DNA of 64,000 nucleotides from Spirochaetia bacterium (GCA_034003955.1 JAVEXO010000012.1:337-64336); one strand, 5' to 3'; positions 27,700 through 36,452 are shown, numbered from the stretch's first letter. Notes: generated by a model from the letters alone, not told the origin. A program made the numbers and translations.

Positions 27700-28296
27700 G
27701 AACAGGAGAGGGCTGATAGAGGAAGACTAAGGAAGAGGATTAGGGACAGTGTTTTGTATTGCTCTGTCCGGGCTCTTGTCCTCTTGTTCTCTTTGTTGAT
27801 TTATTGGAAGAAGCTTAGTTTAGGAAGATTAACGAAGAGGGTGGAAAGAGTGGAGAGGGATAGTTTGAGCGATCGAATAATTGGATGCGCTATCGCCGTA
27901 CACCGAGAACTTGGACCCGGGCTCTTAGAGTCTATATACGAGGAAGCTTTATGTCTGGAATTATCGGACAATGGGTTATCCTATAATAGGCAGCTAGAAC
28001 TTCCTGTTTCCTATAAAGGGATATGCCTTAATGGTTCTTTCAGGATCGATATGCTGGTAGAAGGATCTATCGTACTCGAGCTCAAATGCGTCGAGGCTCT
28101 CTTGCCGGTACACAAGGCTCAGTTGCGTTCTTGTTTACTCTTGGGTGGCTGGAATACTGGTCTGCTTCTTAATTTCAAAACCGCCATCCTCAAGAACGGT
28201 ATATACAGGATATCTATATGATGCACATGGCTCATCTTAAGTTATTTTTAGTGATTCCCTCTTTCTCGGCTCTTATTCTCTTATTCTCTTTGTTCA
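27700..28296 (+). repeat. Intercistronic purine-arm/pyrimidine-arm element, copy B, split by an inserted ORF
   Basis: 27716-27745 matches 26113-26143. 27760-27825 matches 26197-26262 (TGCTCTGTCCGGGCTCTTGTCCTCTTGTTCTCTTTGT-GATTTATT...TTTAGGAAGA). The terminal CT arm 28255-28296 matches 26323-26368. The GxxExxY ORF lies between them. Confidence 0.85.
27841..28221 (+). CDS. GxxExxY-family protein (PD-(D/E)XK nuclease-like fold)
   Basis: Diagnostic motif GPGLLESIYEEAL and family-typical length of about 125 aa (SDRIIGCAIAVHRELGPGLLESIYEEALCLEL...). Start is ambiguous: GTG 27841, GTG 27850 or TTG 27865. The upstream part of track ORF 27601 is the C-terminus of kamA plus repeat read-through. Confidence 0.75.
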   Translation: MERVERDSLSDRIIGCAIAVHRELGPGLLESIYEEALCLELSDNGLSYNRQLELPVSYKGICLNGSFRIDMLVEGSIVLELKCVEALLPVHKAQLRSCLLLGGWNTGLLLNFKTAILKNGIYRISI

Positions 28297-28317
28297 TCCC
28301 TGCTAAAAGGCTTTGCT

Positions 28318-29217
28318 ATGTTGGATAGTGCTGCTGATTTCCTGGGCAGGGTTACGTTTGTGACAGGCCCGGAGAAGCACTGCGGAAAGACAACATTCAT
28401 GAATCGAGCCGCACAGCTTGCCAGACGTGGAGCCAGGATGGCGGGTCTTGGTGGCCCGGCCCTCCTCACGGTTGGGTACGATGGAGAGGCTCGTGACTTC
28501 TTGTCCGGGGCAAGAAAGCCTGCCGTTCCCGTGTCGCCAGGCGATATAGTCGTCACGACGGAACGTTTCGCCCGGTCCTGTTTGCCAGAGATACTCGATG
28601 TACTGCCTGGCTCGGGTGCCATGGGGCGGCTCTGCATAGCCCGCGCGCACAGGTCTGCCACCGTGGCTCTGGTGGGGCCGGAAGGGAATTCACTGGTGGC
28701 GTGGGCCATCAAGAGGATAGTCAAGGAAGGTTTAAGCGGCACCGTGCTTGTAGACGGGGCCATAAACAGGATAACGCAGGCCGCGTCTCTTCATGGGTCA
28801 CGCTTCGTCTATGCACTGAGGGTAGACGGCGCTAACCTGGAACGTTCATTGGCGCGGGTCAGGCGCATGGCCACACTTGTCGGTCTGCCGCTTGCCTCTG
28901 ACATTGGGGTGGAAGGCAAGCCCGAACCGTATAGACTGCAGGATGCCCTGACCGCCGAAAGCGTGGCACGTCTACCCAAAAATGCCCGCGTCGTTGTGGT
29001 AGATGACTTTACAAAAATATTCCTCAGTGACTCGGAGCTGGCATCCTTTATGAGCGAGAAAGAACTGTATGTCGAGCGGAGCATCGATTTTGGCGGATTC
29101 GTCGTCATGTGTCGTGGTGTAAAGGATGAAGAATTCGAAAAGCGGCTAGATGATGTCGGTATCGCGGCAATGGTGGCCTACAATCCGTACGAGGCAAGAG
29201 CGGAGGGTGTAGCGTGA
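28318..29217 (+). CDS. P-loop-like protein of the lysine-fermentation cluster (possible aminomutase reactivase component)
   Basis: 299 aa. N-terminal Walker-A-like FVTGPEKHCGKTTF. GTGA overlap with the next gene. I recognise no other family. Confidence 0.55.
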   Translation: MLDSAADFLGRVTFVTGPEKHCGKTTFMNRAAQLARRGARMAGLGGPALLTVGYDGEARDFLSGARKPAVPVSPGDIVVTTERFARSCLPEILDVLPGSGAMGRLCIARAHRSATVALVGPEGNSLVAWAIKRIVKEGLSGTVLVDGAINRITQAASLHGSRFVYALRVDGANLERSLARVRRMATLVGLPLASDIGVEGKPEPYRLQDALTAESVARLPKNARVVVVDDFTKIFLSDSELASFMSEKELYVERSIDFGGFVVMCRGVKDEEFEKRLDDVGIAAMVAYNPYEARAEGVA

Positions 29218-30896
29218 GTCATACACGAGCTGGTGCAGAGGCCTGGGATTTTGCAGGCCTGGACGATTTCTGGAAAAGCTATGAGCCGCTGACGCCCTGG
29301 GGCAAGGACGAGGCACAGGCCAGGACGGTACTGTCTGATAGGAAGCTCATAGAGACTCGGTACGACGACATAGAGGCGGCCATGTCTTTCATGAGGCAGA
29401 AGGCCGATGAGGCATCGGTTCTTGACCGTGTTAGTTATCATCTACGGCGTATGCCGCGCCTGAGCCTTGAAGCAAAAACGTCATATGAGCTGCTGGAGTT
29501 GTTTCAGATAAAGAAATTCATGGCTAACTACAGAGGCCTTGTATCGGTTCTGGGCGAGGATGTTGCCGGGCGATTCGGTCTTGCACGATTGGCCCCGGGT
29601 TCGGCTTCATCTGTCCTGGCTGGCGAGCTGGACCGGGGAGGCTCAGACCCCGAGACGTTCTATCTGGCAGACGTGTATGACCAGGGCCTGGCCGAAGCCA
29701 GAGCCGGTGTCGTGGCAGCCGATGCCGTCGTGGCAAACGAGCGTATAAAATCCGAGGCTGAGGCCAGGCTATCGTTTGGAGTCAGCTTCGATGGCAGGGA
29801 GTTTATAGTCGTTCCAAAGGCTACGGCACGCACGATGATGAGCGCCTGCGGCTCTGCAGCGCTCGGCTTTGCCGTCGAGCCATACGATAATGAACGCTAC
29901 ATAGTGCGTATCCTACCCACGTCATCGGCTCTGGACGCGATGTCGGAGCGGGAGCGCTGGCTTGGGCTAGAGCGGGTGGCAGAGGCCAGGGTCCTGATGC
30001 GCATATCGGCTCTTGCCTCCGATGCCATGCCTGAGTTGAGGCTTGCGGTAGCCGCTACGACACGTTGGGACAGGGCCAGGGCTGGAGCAGATCTGGCCAT
30101 TACACAGGACATGTGTAGGCCTATGCTTGCATCAGGCTCAATGAGCTTGGTACAGGCTCGCTACATTCCATGTGCCGATGAGTGTGAGAGGATGGGGCTG
30201 ACGTATGCGCCACTTACTGCAGATTTTTCGGCTGGAGCGGTCGTGCTGTTCGGCTCCAACATGGGCGGCAAGACCGTCGTCTTAAAGAGCCTTCTCTTCT
30301 TTCAGTTGCTGGCCCAGGTTGGCCTCTTCGTGCCTGCCCTGCGTTTCGAGACGCGGGTGTACGAGCGCATACAGTACGTAGGTGAGCTGTCGGGAGAACG
30401 GTTCGCGGGGCTGTCTGGCTTTGGGCTGGAGTTGTGGCGACTGATAGCTACCAGGGCCTCCGGCTGTGTCGGGGGCACACTGGTGGCATTCGACGAGTTG
30501 GCCCGCACGACAGGATCGCATGAGGCGTCGGCCTTGCTATCCGCCGTGGTCGAGGCGTATTCTGGTCCTGAGTCATTGCGTACGGGTGACAGGGCGTTTT
30601 TTGCGACCCATTTCCATGGCGTGGCCAGGGTGCCAGGAGCCGAATACAGAAGGATGAAGGGCCTGGACAGACAGGCGGCTACGGCTGCCTTGGACACTAT
30701 TTCCGGTGACGCATCCTTGGCTGGCGCGGCACTTGCAGAAAGGCTGGCTGGAATAAACAGATACATGCGCTACGAAATCGTCGATGACGATGGCTCTAGT
30801 GCAGAGAGCGACGCGCTCGCCATAGCGTCATTCCTGGGGCTTGATTCTAGAATAATAGAACGAGCTCGATTCTACCTAACGAAGGATGGAGTATGA
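29214..30896 (+). CDS. MutS-domain-V (MutS2-like) ATPase without a mismatch-recognition domain
   Basis: Walker A FGSNMGGKTVVLKSL, Walker B LVAFDELARTTG, MutS-type spacing. ATGA overlap with kamD. Confidence 0.75.
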   Translation: MSHTRAGAEAWDFAGLDDFWKSYEPLTPWGKDEAQARTVLSDRKLIETRYDDIEAAMSFMRQKADEASVLDRVSYHLRRMPRLSLEAKTSYELLELFQIKKFMANYRGLVSVLGEDVAGRFGLARLAPGSASSVLAGELDRGGSDPETFYLADVYDQGLAEARAGVVAADAVVANERIKSEAEARLSFGVSFDGREFIVVPKATARTMMSACGSAALGFAVEPYDNERYIVRILPTSSALDAMSERERWLGLERVAEARVLMRISALASDAMPELRLAVAATTRWDRARAGADLAITQDMCRPMLASGSMSLVQARYIPCADECERMGLTYAPLTADFSAGAVVLFGSNMGGKTVVLKSLLFFQLLAQVGLFVPALRFETRVYERIQYVGELSGERFAGLSGFGLELWRLIATRASGCVGGTLVAFDELARTTGSHEASALLSAVVEAYSGPESLRTGDRAFFATHFHGVARVPGAEYRRMKGLDRQAATAALDTISGDASLAGAALAERLAGINRYMRYEIVDDDGSSAESDALAIASFLGLDSRIIERARFYLTKDGV

Positions 30897-32464
30897 ATAA
30901 CAAGCTTAATTTGCCGGCAGATCGCGTCGCGTACGCTAGAACCCTGGCCGAACGTATAAGCGAACCGGTTCAGGATTTTATAGATGGGCATAGCTCGGTT
31001 ACGGTGGAGCGAGCCACCCTGAGGCTGGCAGGAGCCGATGGGGCCAATAGCGTCGGGGTTCCTGTGCCAAACCTTGTTGTAGACAGGATACGCGCCTCCG
31101 ATCCGGTCGCCTTGGAGGATGGTGCAACAGTACGCTATGTCAATGCTCTCTTAAAGTTTGGAGGCAGTGTACAGGCGCTCAATGACAAGATAGCCGAAGG
31201 CTTCGACGTGATGAGCATCCCCTTGGGCGACCGCAAGAGCATAGAAGCAAAGGCCTCTGAGCTGGTCGACGGGAGCATAAGGCGAATAAAGGACAACCGT
31301 GCCTTCCGCGAGGGCAAGCTAGAGGAATGGAAGGGCAGAAACAATAGCCCTCTTCTGTATCTAATTGTAGCTACAGGAAATATTTACGAAGACGTCAACC
31401 AGGCCACGGCGGCTGCCGAGCAGGGGGCAGACGTCATAGCCGTCATACGGACTACGGCTCAGAGCCTTCTTGATTACGTGCCATACGGGGCGACAACCGA
31501 GGGCTTTGGCGGGACATACGCCACGCAGGAGAATTTCCGCATCATGCGGGCCGCCCTCGACGTGGTAGGTGAGAAGCAGCAACGCTACATACGTCTGACA
31601 AATTACGCCTCGGGGCTCTGCATGCCAGAGATTGCAGCCATGGGTGCGCTTGAACGCCTGGACATGATGCTCAACGACTCAATGTACGGCATACTCTTCC
31701 GCGACATCAACATGTACCGTACCTTCGTAGACCAGAAGTTCAGCCGCATGATAAACGCCTGCGCCGGCATCATGATAAACACCGGTGAAGACAACTACCT
31801 GACGACGAGTGACGGCTTTGAGAAGGCCTATACCGTGCTTGCGAGCCAGCTTTTAAACGAGCGCTTCGCCTTCCACGCGGGACTAGAGGCCAAGTTCCAG
31901 GGGCTTGGTCATGCCTTCGAGATGGATCCTACCATAAAGAACGGTTTCCTCTTCGAGCTTGCACAGGCTCAGATGGCCCGTGAAATATTCCCGGATCATC
32001 CGCTCAAGTACATGCCGCCTACCAAGTACAGCTCTGGAGACATCTTCAAGGGCGTGGCTATGAACACCCTGTTCAACTTCGTCTCAAAGGCGACCAATCA
32101 GGGTGTACATCTCCTTGGTATGCTCACCGAGGCCATTCACACGCCGTTCATGATGGATCGTTTCCTGGCCGTGGATAATGCCCGTTATGTGATGAACAAC
32201 ATGGACGGTTTCTATGAAGACATAGAGTTCAAGAAAGACGGCATCGTCGTTTCAAGGGCTCATCAGGTGCTCAGGGAGACAATAGATTTTATGGAGGAAG
32301 TGGAGAAAGTAGGGATGTTCGACTCCATAGAACGGGGGCTTTTTGCCGAGGTAAAACGACCCAAGGACGGTGGCAAGGGCTTTGAGGGTCTCGTCAAGAA
32401 GGGCCCGGCCTATTATAACCCATTTGAGTCGGGCCTGAAGCGCTCACTCGGGCTCTCACGATAA
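30893..32464 (+). CDS. kamD: Beta-lysine (D-lysine) 5,6-aminomutase alpha subunit
   Basis: 523-aa TIM-barrel subunit. Conserved order with kamE directly downstream. Confidence 0.85.
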   Translation: MNNKLNLPADRVAYARTLAERISEPVQDFIDGHSSVTVERATLRLAGADGANSVGVPVPNLVVDRIRASDPVALEDGATVRYVNALLKFGGSVQALNDKIAEGFDVMSIPLGDRKSIEAKASELVDGSIRRIKDNRAFREGKLEEWKGRNNSPLLYLIVATGNIYEDVNQATAAAEQGADVIAVIRTTAQSLLDYVPYGATTEGFGGTYATQENFRIMRAALDVVGEKQQRYIRLTNYASGLCMPEIAAMGALERLDMMLNDSMYGILFRDINMYRTFVDQKFSRMINACAGIMINTGEDNYLTTSDGFEKAYTVLASQLLNERFAFHAGLEAKFQGLGHAFEMDPTIKNGFLFELAQAQMAREIFPDHPLKYMPPTKYSSGDIFKGVAMNTLFNFVSKATNQGVHLLGMLTEAIHTPFMMDRFLAVDNARYVMNNMDGFYEDIEFKKDGIVVSRAHQVLRETIDFMEEVEKVGMFDSIERGLFAEVKRPKDGGKGFEGLVKKGPAYYNPFESGLKRSLGLSR

Positions 32465-32475
32465 GGAAGGACGAT

Positions 32476-33207
32476 ATGAAGGTAGTAAGGCCATACGGCG
32501 ATACCATGGACGACGGCAAGGTGCAGTTGTCCTTTACGCTTCCGGTTCCTGATGGAGCCAAGGGCAGGGAAGCCGCGCGCAAGCTCGTACTCTCCTGGGG
32601 TTTCAAGGAATGTGAAGTCGTGCATTCCACGGCTCTGTCAGCCGAGTATTCTATGTATGTGGCGTATGGAAAGACAGAATCATCGATAGATTACGATTCT
32701 GTCGTGGCCGACGAGGCTTCTGCCGAGGCGTCCATGGATATGGACGCTGTCAACGAGTACATACGGCAGAACATAGGCCGCAAGGTTGTCCTCGTTGGCG
32801 CCTGTACGGGATTCGACGCTCATACGGTTGGCATAGATGCCATAATCAACATGAAGGGCTTTAATCACCACTACGGTCTTGAGCGATATCCGGAGATGGA
32901 GACGTACAACCTCGGTGCACAGGTGCCCAACGAGAGGCTCATAGAGTTTGCCATCAAGGTCAAGGCTGATGCCATACTCATAAGCCAGGTCGTTACACAG
33001 AAGGATACCCACATCCACAACCTTACTGAGTTTATAGAACTCCTCGAGGCTAAGGGTCTCCGTGATAAATTCATCTGTGTTGCCGGTGGCCCGCGCATCG
33101 GCAATAAGCTGGCCGTGGAGCTGGGCTACGACGTTGGCTTCGGCCGCGGCGCGTACGCCGACGATGTAGCCACCTATATCGTAAAGAAGATGGCCGAGAA
33201 AAATTAG
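32476..33207 (+). CDS. kamE: Beta-lysine 5,6-aminomutase beta subunit (B12- and PLP-binding)
   Basis: Cobalamin-binding DxHxxG motif (FDAHTVGIDAI) in a Rossmann-like domain. 243 aa. Confidence 0.85.
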   Translation: MKVVRPYGDTMDDGKVQLSFTLPVPDGAKGREAARKLVLSWGFKECEVVHSTALSAEYSMYVAYGKTESSIDYDSVVADEASAEASMDMDAVNEYIRQNIGRKVVLVGACTGFDAHTVGIDAIINMKGFNHHYGLERYPEMETYNLGAQVPNERLIEFAIKVKADAILISQVVTQKDTHIHNLTEFIELLEAKGLRDKFICVAGGPRIGNKLAVELGYDVGFGRGAYADDVATYIVKKMAEKN

Positions 33208-33319
33208 AAGCATTAAAACCGCTTTCTGTGTGCCTGGATAAAAAACATTGCGCTTTTAGCGTTTTGGGTGCAATCTGGATGCACAAAGTTAGGTTCCATC
33301 ATTAAGGAGGCATCTGATC

Positions 33320-34963
33320 ATGGAACAATTACACTTCGGCTTACTTTCAATCTTGCCGCCCCTCTTGACGATTGTATTAGCAGTCGTCACGAAGGACGTC
33401 ATCGTCTCACTGTTCGTTGGCATATTGTCCGGTACGCTTATAGCGGCCGGAGGTAATCCGTATTACGCACTGGTTCGCCTGTCTGACCTGTTGGCAGATA
33501 CGCTTGCCGACGGTTGGAACATCCGTATCATGATGTTCACCGTTCTTCTTGGCCTTCTGGTAGGCATGTTGTCCAGGACAGGCGCCGCATACTCGCTTGG
33601 CGACTGGGCCTCGAAGCGGATCAAGACAAAGACCGGCGCCCTGCTCTTTACCTGGGTGTTTGGCCTCCTTATCTTCTTTGACGACTACTTCAATTCCCTG
33701 ACGATCGGCACCTGTATGAGGCCGCTCTGTGACGCCAAGAAGATATCGCGCGCCAAGTTGGCCTATATCCTCGATTCCACGGCGGCACCGGTGGCTATCA
33801 TGGCACCTATATCTACCTGGGTCGTCTATGTCATAGGCACCTACAAGGATATACCCGAATTCCAGTCCCTTGGCCTGGGTGAAATGTCGTTCTTTGTAAG
33901 AACCATTCCTTACAACCTCTACGCCATCTTTGCTGTGCTCATGGTGCTCTTCATAACGCTGACACACAAGGATTTCGGACCGATGGCTCGTTCCGAGGCG
34001 CGTGCCCAGAAGGGTCTTGGCCTCTATGACGAGGAAAAATTCGGCGCCGTTTCCAGCCAGGTAGAGTCAAAGGCAATGACCAATAACGCCAAGCCATTTG
34101 ACTTTCTCATTCCTATAGCCGCCCTCATCGTCATGGCCCTTTTCTTCTTCCCTATGACCACCTGGATGAACGCCATAGATGGAGAAGAGATAACCAGCAT
34201 CGGCCAGGCAATGGCCGCTATTCCGTTTGGCACGGCATTCAATGACACCGATTCATCGATGGCACTGATGTATGCCGCCGTCTTTGCCAACGTGTTCGCC
34301 TACATTTACTATGTAGCCCGCAAGCTCCTCAACATCAAGAATGCCGCAGACGCCTTGATGGATGGCTTCCGAGCCATGGTGCCGGCTGTGATGATTCTGA
34401 CCCTGGCTTGGTCAATCGGTACCATCATCAAGTCTGACCGCCCTGACGGTGGTGTAGGACTCGCCGCGTATGTCTCAGAGATAGTGATCAATGGCAACTT
34501 CCCCATGTGGCTCTTGCCATTAGTCGTCTATATCTTCTCTTGCCTTATTTCCTTTGCGGCCGGCACGAGCTGGGGCACCATGGGTATCATGATCCCCATA
34601 GCCGTTCCCGTTATGATACAGCTGGCACGTAATGGTGGCCTCGATCCTAACCAGGTCATCAACGCTACGGCGCTGACTATTGGAGCGGTCATGGGAGGCT
34701 CTGTATTCGGGGATCATTGTTCTCCAATATCGGATACGACGGTTCTGTCGTCTACCGGTGCTGCCGTTCCTCACCTTGAACACGTTGCCACCCAGCTTCC
34801 GTATGCGGTGTTTGTAGCCTTCTGCGTAATGGTAGGCACCATAGTTTCGGGCTTGACCTGGAACCCCATACCCGGCCTCATTGCTACTGCTATATTATTT
34901 GTGGCTGGCACTTTCCTGTTGTCTAAAACCTTTGGTGAAAATAAATACGATCTTAGTAAGTAA
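33320..34963 (+). CDS. NhaC-family Na+/H+ antiporter-like transporter (candidate lysine or product transporter)
   Basis: 547 aa and about 12 TM. N-terminus FGLLSILPPLLTIVLAVVTKDVIVSLFVGI is typical of the NhaC family. Confidence 0.75.
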   Translation: MEQLHFGLLSILPPLLTIVLAVVTKDVIVSLFVGILSGTLIAAGGNPYYALVRLSDLLADTLADGWNIRIMMFTVLLGLLVGMLSRTGAAYSLGDWASKRIKTKTGALLFTWVFGLLIFFDDYFNSLTIGTCMRPLCDAKKISRAKLAYILDSTAAPVAIMAPISTWVVYVIGTYKDIPEFQSLGLGEMSFFVRTIPYNLYAIFAVLMVLFITLTHKDFGPMARSEARAQKGLGLYDEEKFGAVSSQVESKAMTNNAKPFDFLIPIAALIVMALFFFPMTTWMNAIDGEEITSIGQAMAAIPFGTAFNDTDSSMALMYAAVFANVFAYIYYVARKLLNIKNAADALMDGFRAMVPAVMILTLAWSIGTIIKSDRPDGGVGLAAYVSEIVINGNFPMWLLPLVVYIFSCLISFAAGTSWGTMGIMIPIAVPVMIQLARNGGLDPNQVINATALTIGAVMGGSVFGDHCSPISDTTVLSSTGAAVPHLEHVATQLPYAVFVAFCVMVGTIVSGLTWNPIPGLIATAILFVAGTFLLSKTFGENKYDLSK

Positions 34964-34984
34964 CTAAACTTCGTGTTTGCAAAG

Positions 34985-35017
34985 CGGCCTGTCGCCTGTG
35001 CGGCGGGCCGTTTTTTT
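34985..35017 (+). terminator. Intrinsic terminator after the transporter gene
   Basis: CGGCCTGTC...GGCGGGCCG stem (with G-U pairs) followed by T7. Confidence 0.65.
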
Positions 35018-35079
35018 GGTGCTAACACGTGCTAGCGGGCTTACAGTTTGGCCCGTCGATTCTTAGGGGGAGGTCTTTT

Positions 35080-35754
35080 GTGATTAAGAAACCTGTAATA
35101 AGTGCCGCAGAGGCCGCGGCCAAGGTCAAGACAGGGGATGTGGTTCAGCTTGGTGGTTTCCTGGGCTGTGGATGCCCGGACGGCATCGTCAAGGCCCTCG
35201 TCGATGCCGGCACGCATGGCCTGACGCTCGTAGCCAACGATACCGGCATATACAACGAGGCCAAGGGCATATCCAATGGCCCCGCGCCGCTAGTCAAAGC
35301 CAAGGCTGTAAAAACAATCATCGTGTCGCATATAGGCACCAATCCAGAGGCTCAGAGGCAGATGAATACCGGAGAATCAGAGGTGCTGCTCGTACCACAG
35401 GGCACCCTTGCCGAACGCATAAGAGCGGCTGGCAATGGGCTTGGAGGCGTTCTGACTCCAACCGGTGTAGGCACAGAGGTGGAGGATGGCAAACAGAAGA
35501 TAAGACTCAAGGGCAAGGATTACCTCCTTGAAGAAGCCCTGCCTGGTAACGTAGCGCTTATAAAGGCAAAGAAGGCCGACAAGGCCGGCAATCTCGTCTT
35601 TGCCAAGACGGCCCGTAACTTCAATCCCCTGATGGCCACTGCCTGTGAGCTTGTCATAGTCGAGGCAGAGGAGATAGTCGAAATAGGAGCCATAGACCCG
35701 GATCAGGTCCATACGGCGAGCATCTTTGTCGACTTCATTGTACAGGCCGAGTAG
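35080..35754 (+). CDS. atoD: 3-oxoacid/acetoacetate CoA-transferase subunit A
   Basis: GTG start after GGGGGAGG. VIKKPVISAAEAAAKVKTGDVVQLGGF and the SHIGTN block are typical of the family. Confidence 0.85.
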   Translation: MIKKPVISAAEAAAKVKTGDVVQLGGFLGCGCPDGIVKALVDAGTHGLTLVANDTGIYNEAKGISNGPAPLVKAKAVKTIIVSHIGTNPEAQRQMNTGESEVLLVPQGTLAERIRAAGNGLGGVLTPTGVGTEVEDGKQKIRLKGKDYLLEEALPGNVALIKAKKADKAGNLVFAKTARNFNPLMATACELVIVEAEEIVEIGAIDPDQVHTASIFVDFIVQAE

Positions 35755-35766
35755 GGGGTAGCGGAC

Positions 35767-36429
35767 ATGATTGAATACGTAGAAAACAAGGAAATAATTG
35801 CGCGCAGGATAGCGCGCTTCTTCTCATCAGGCGATGTCGTCAACCTGGGCATAGGTCTTCCCACTATGGTTGGAAACTTCGTGCCGGAAGATGTTACCGT
35901 CATACTGCAGTCAGAGAACGGCCTTATGGGGCTAGGACCGGCCCCTGAAAAGGGCAAGGAAGACAAGGATCTGACCAACGCCGGTGGCATGCCGGTAACA
36001 ATACTGGAAGGCGGGTGCTTCTTTGACTCGGCCACCAGTTTTGGCATCATTCGCGGTGGTCATGTAGACTACACGGTGCTCGGTGTTCTTGAGGTAGACC
36101 AGGAAGGCAATCTGGCCAATTACACGATACCAGGCAAGATGGTTCCAGGCATGGGAGGCGCCATGGACCTGGTCGCCGGCTCCAAGAAGGTCATAACGGC
36201 TACCACCCACCTTGAAAAGACGGGTGGCTCCAAGCTTAAACGGCGTTGCTCCCTGCCGCTGACCGCAGCCGCAGAGGTGGACATTGTTGTCACCGATGTT
36301 GGCTACTTTACCGTCAAGGGTGGGAAGTTCCATCTACAGGAGTACTTTGCGCCGTATACCCCTGAATGGATAGTAGAGCATACCGATGCCGATATAGTAC
36401 TTGAGAAGGATTGCAAGGAGTTTAGGTAA
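35767..36429 (+). CDS. atoA: 3-oxoacid/acetoacetate CoA-transferase subunit B
   Basis: Catalytic glutamate motif context ILQSENGLMG, and GMGGAMDL. Confidence 0.85.
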   Translation: MIEYVENKEIIARRIARFFSSGDVVNLGIGLPTMVGNFVPEDVTVILQSENGLMGLGPAPEKGKEDKDLTNAGGMPVTILEGGCFFDSATSFGIIRGGHVDYTVLGVLEVDQEGNLANYTIPGKMVPGMGGAMDLVAGSKKVITATTHLEKTGGSKLKRRCSLPLTAAAEVDIVVTDVGYFTVKGGKFHLQEYFAPYTPEWIVEHTDADIVLEKDCKEFR

Positions 36430-36452
36430 AAGGCGCCTCTTATGCAAAAGAG

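Noticed and set aside
27601-27840. 5' part of track ORF 27601-28221 (206 aa)
   Set aside because: This part overlaps the kamA 3' end in another frame and reads through the intercistronic repeat. Only the last approx. 126 codons match the GxxExxY family.
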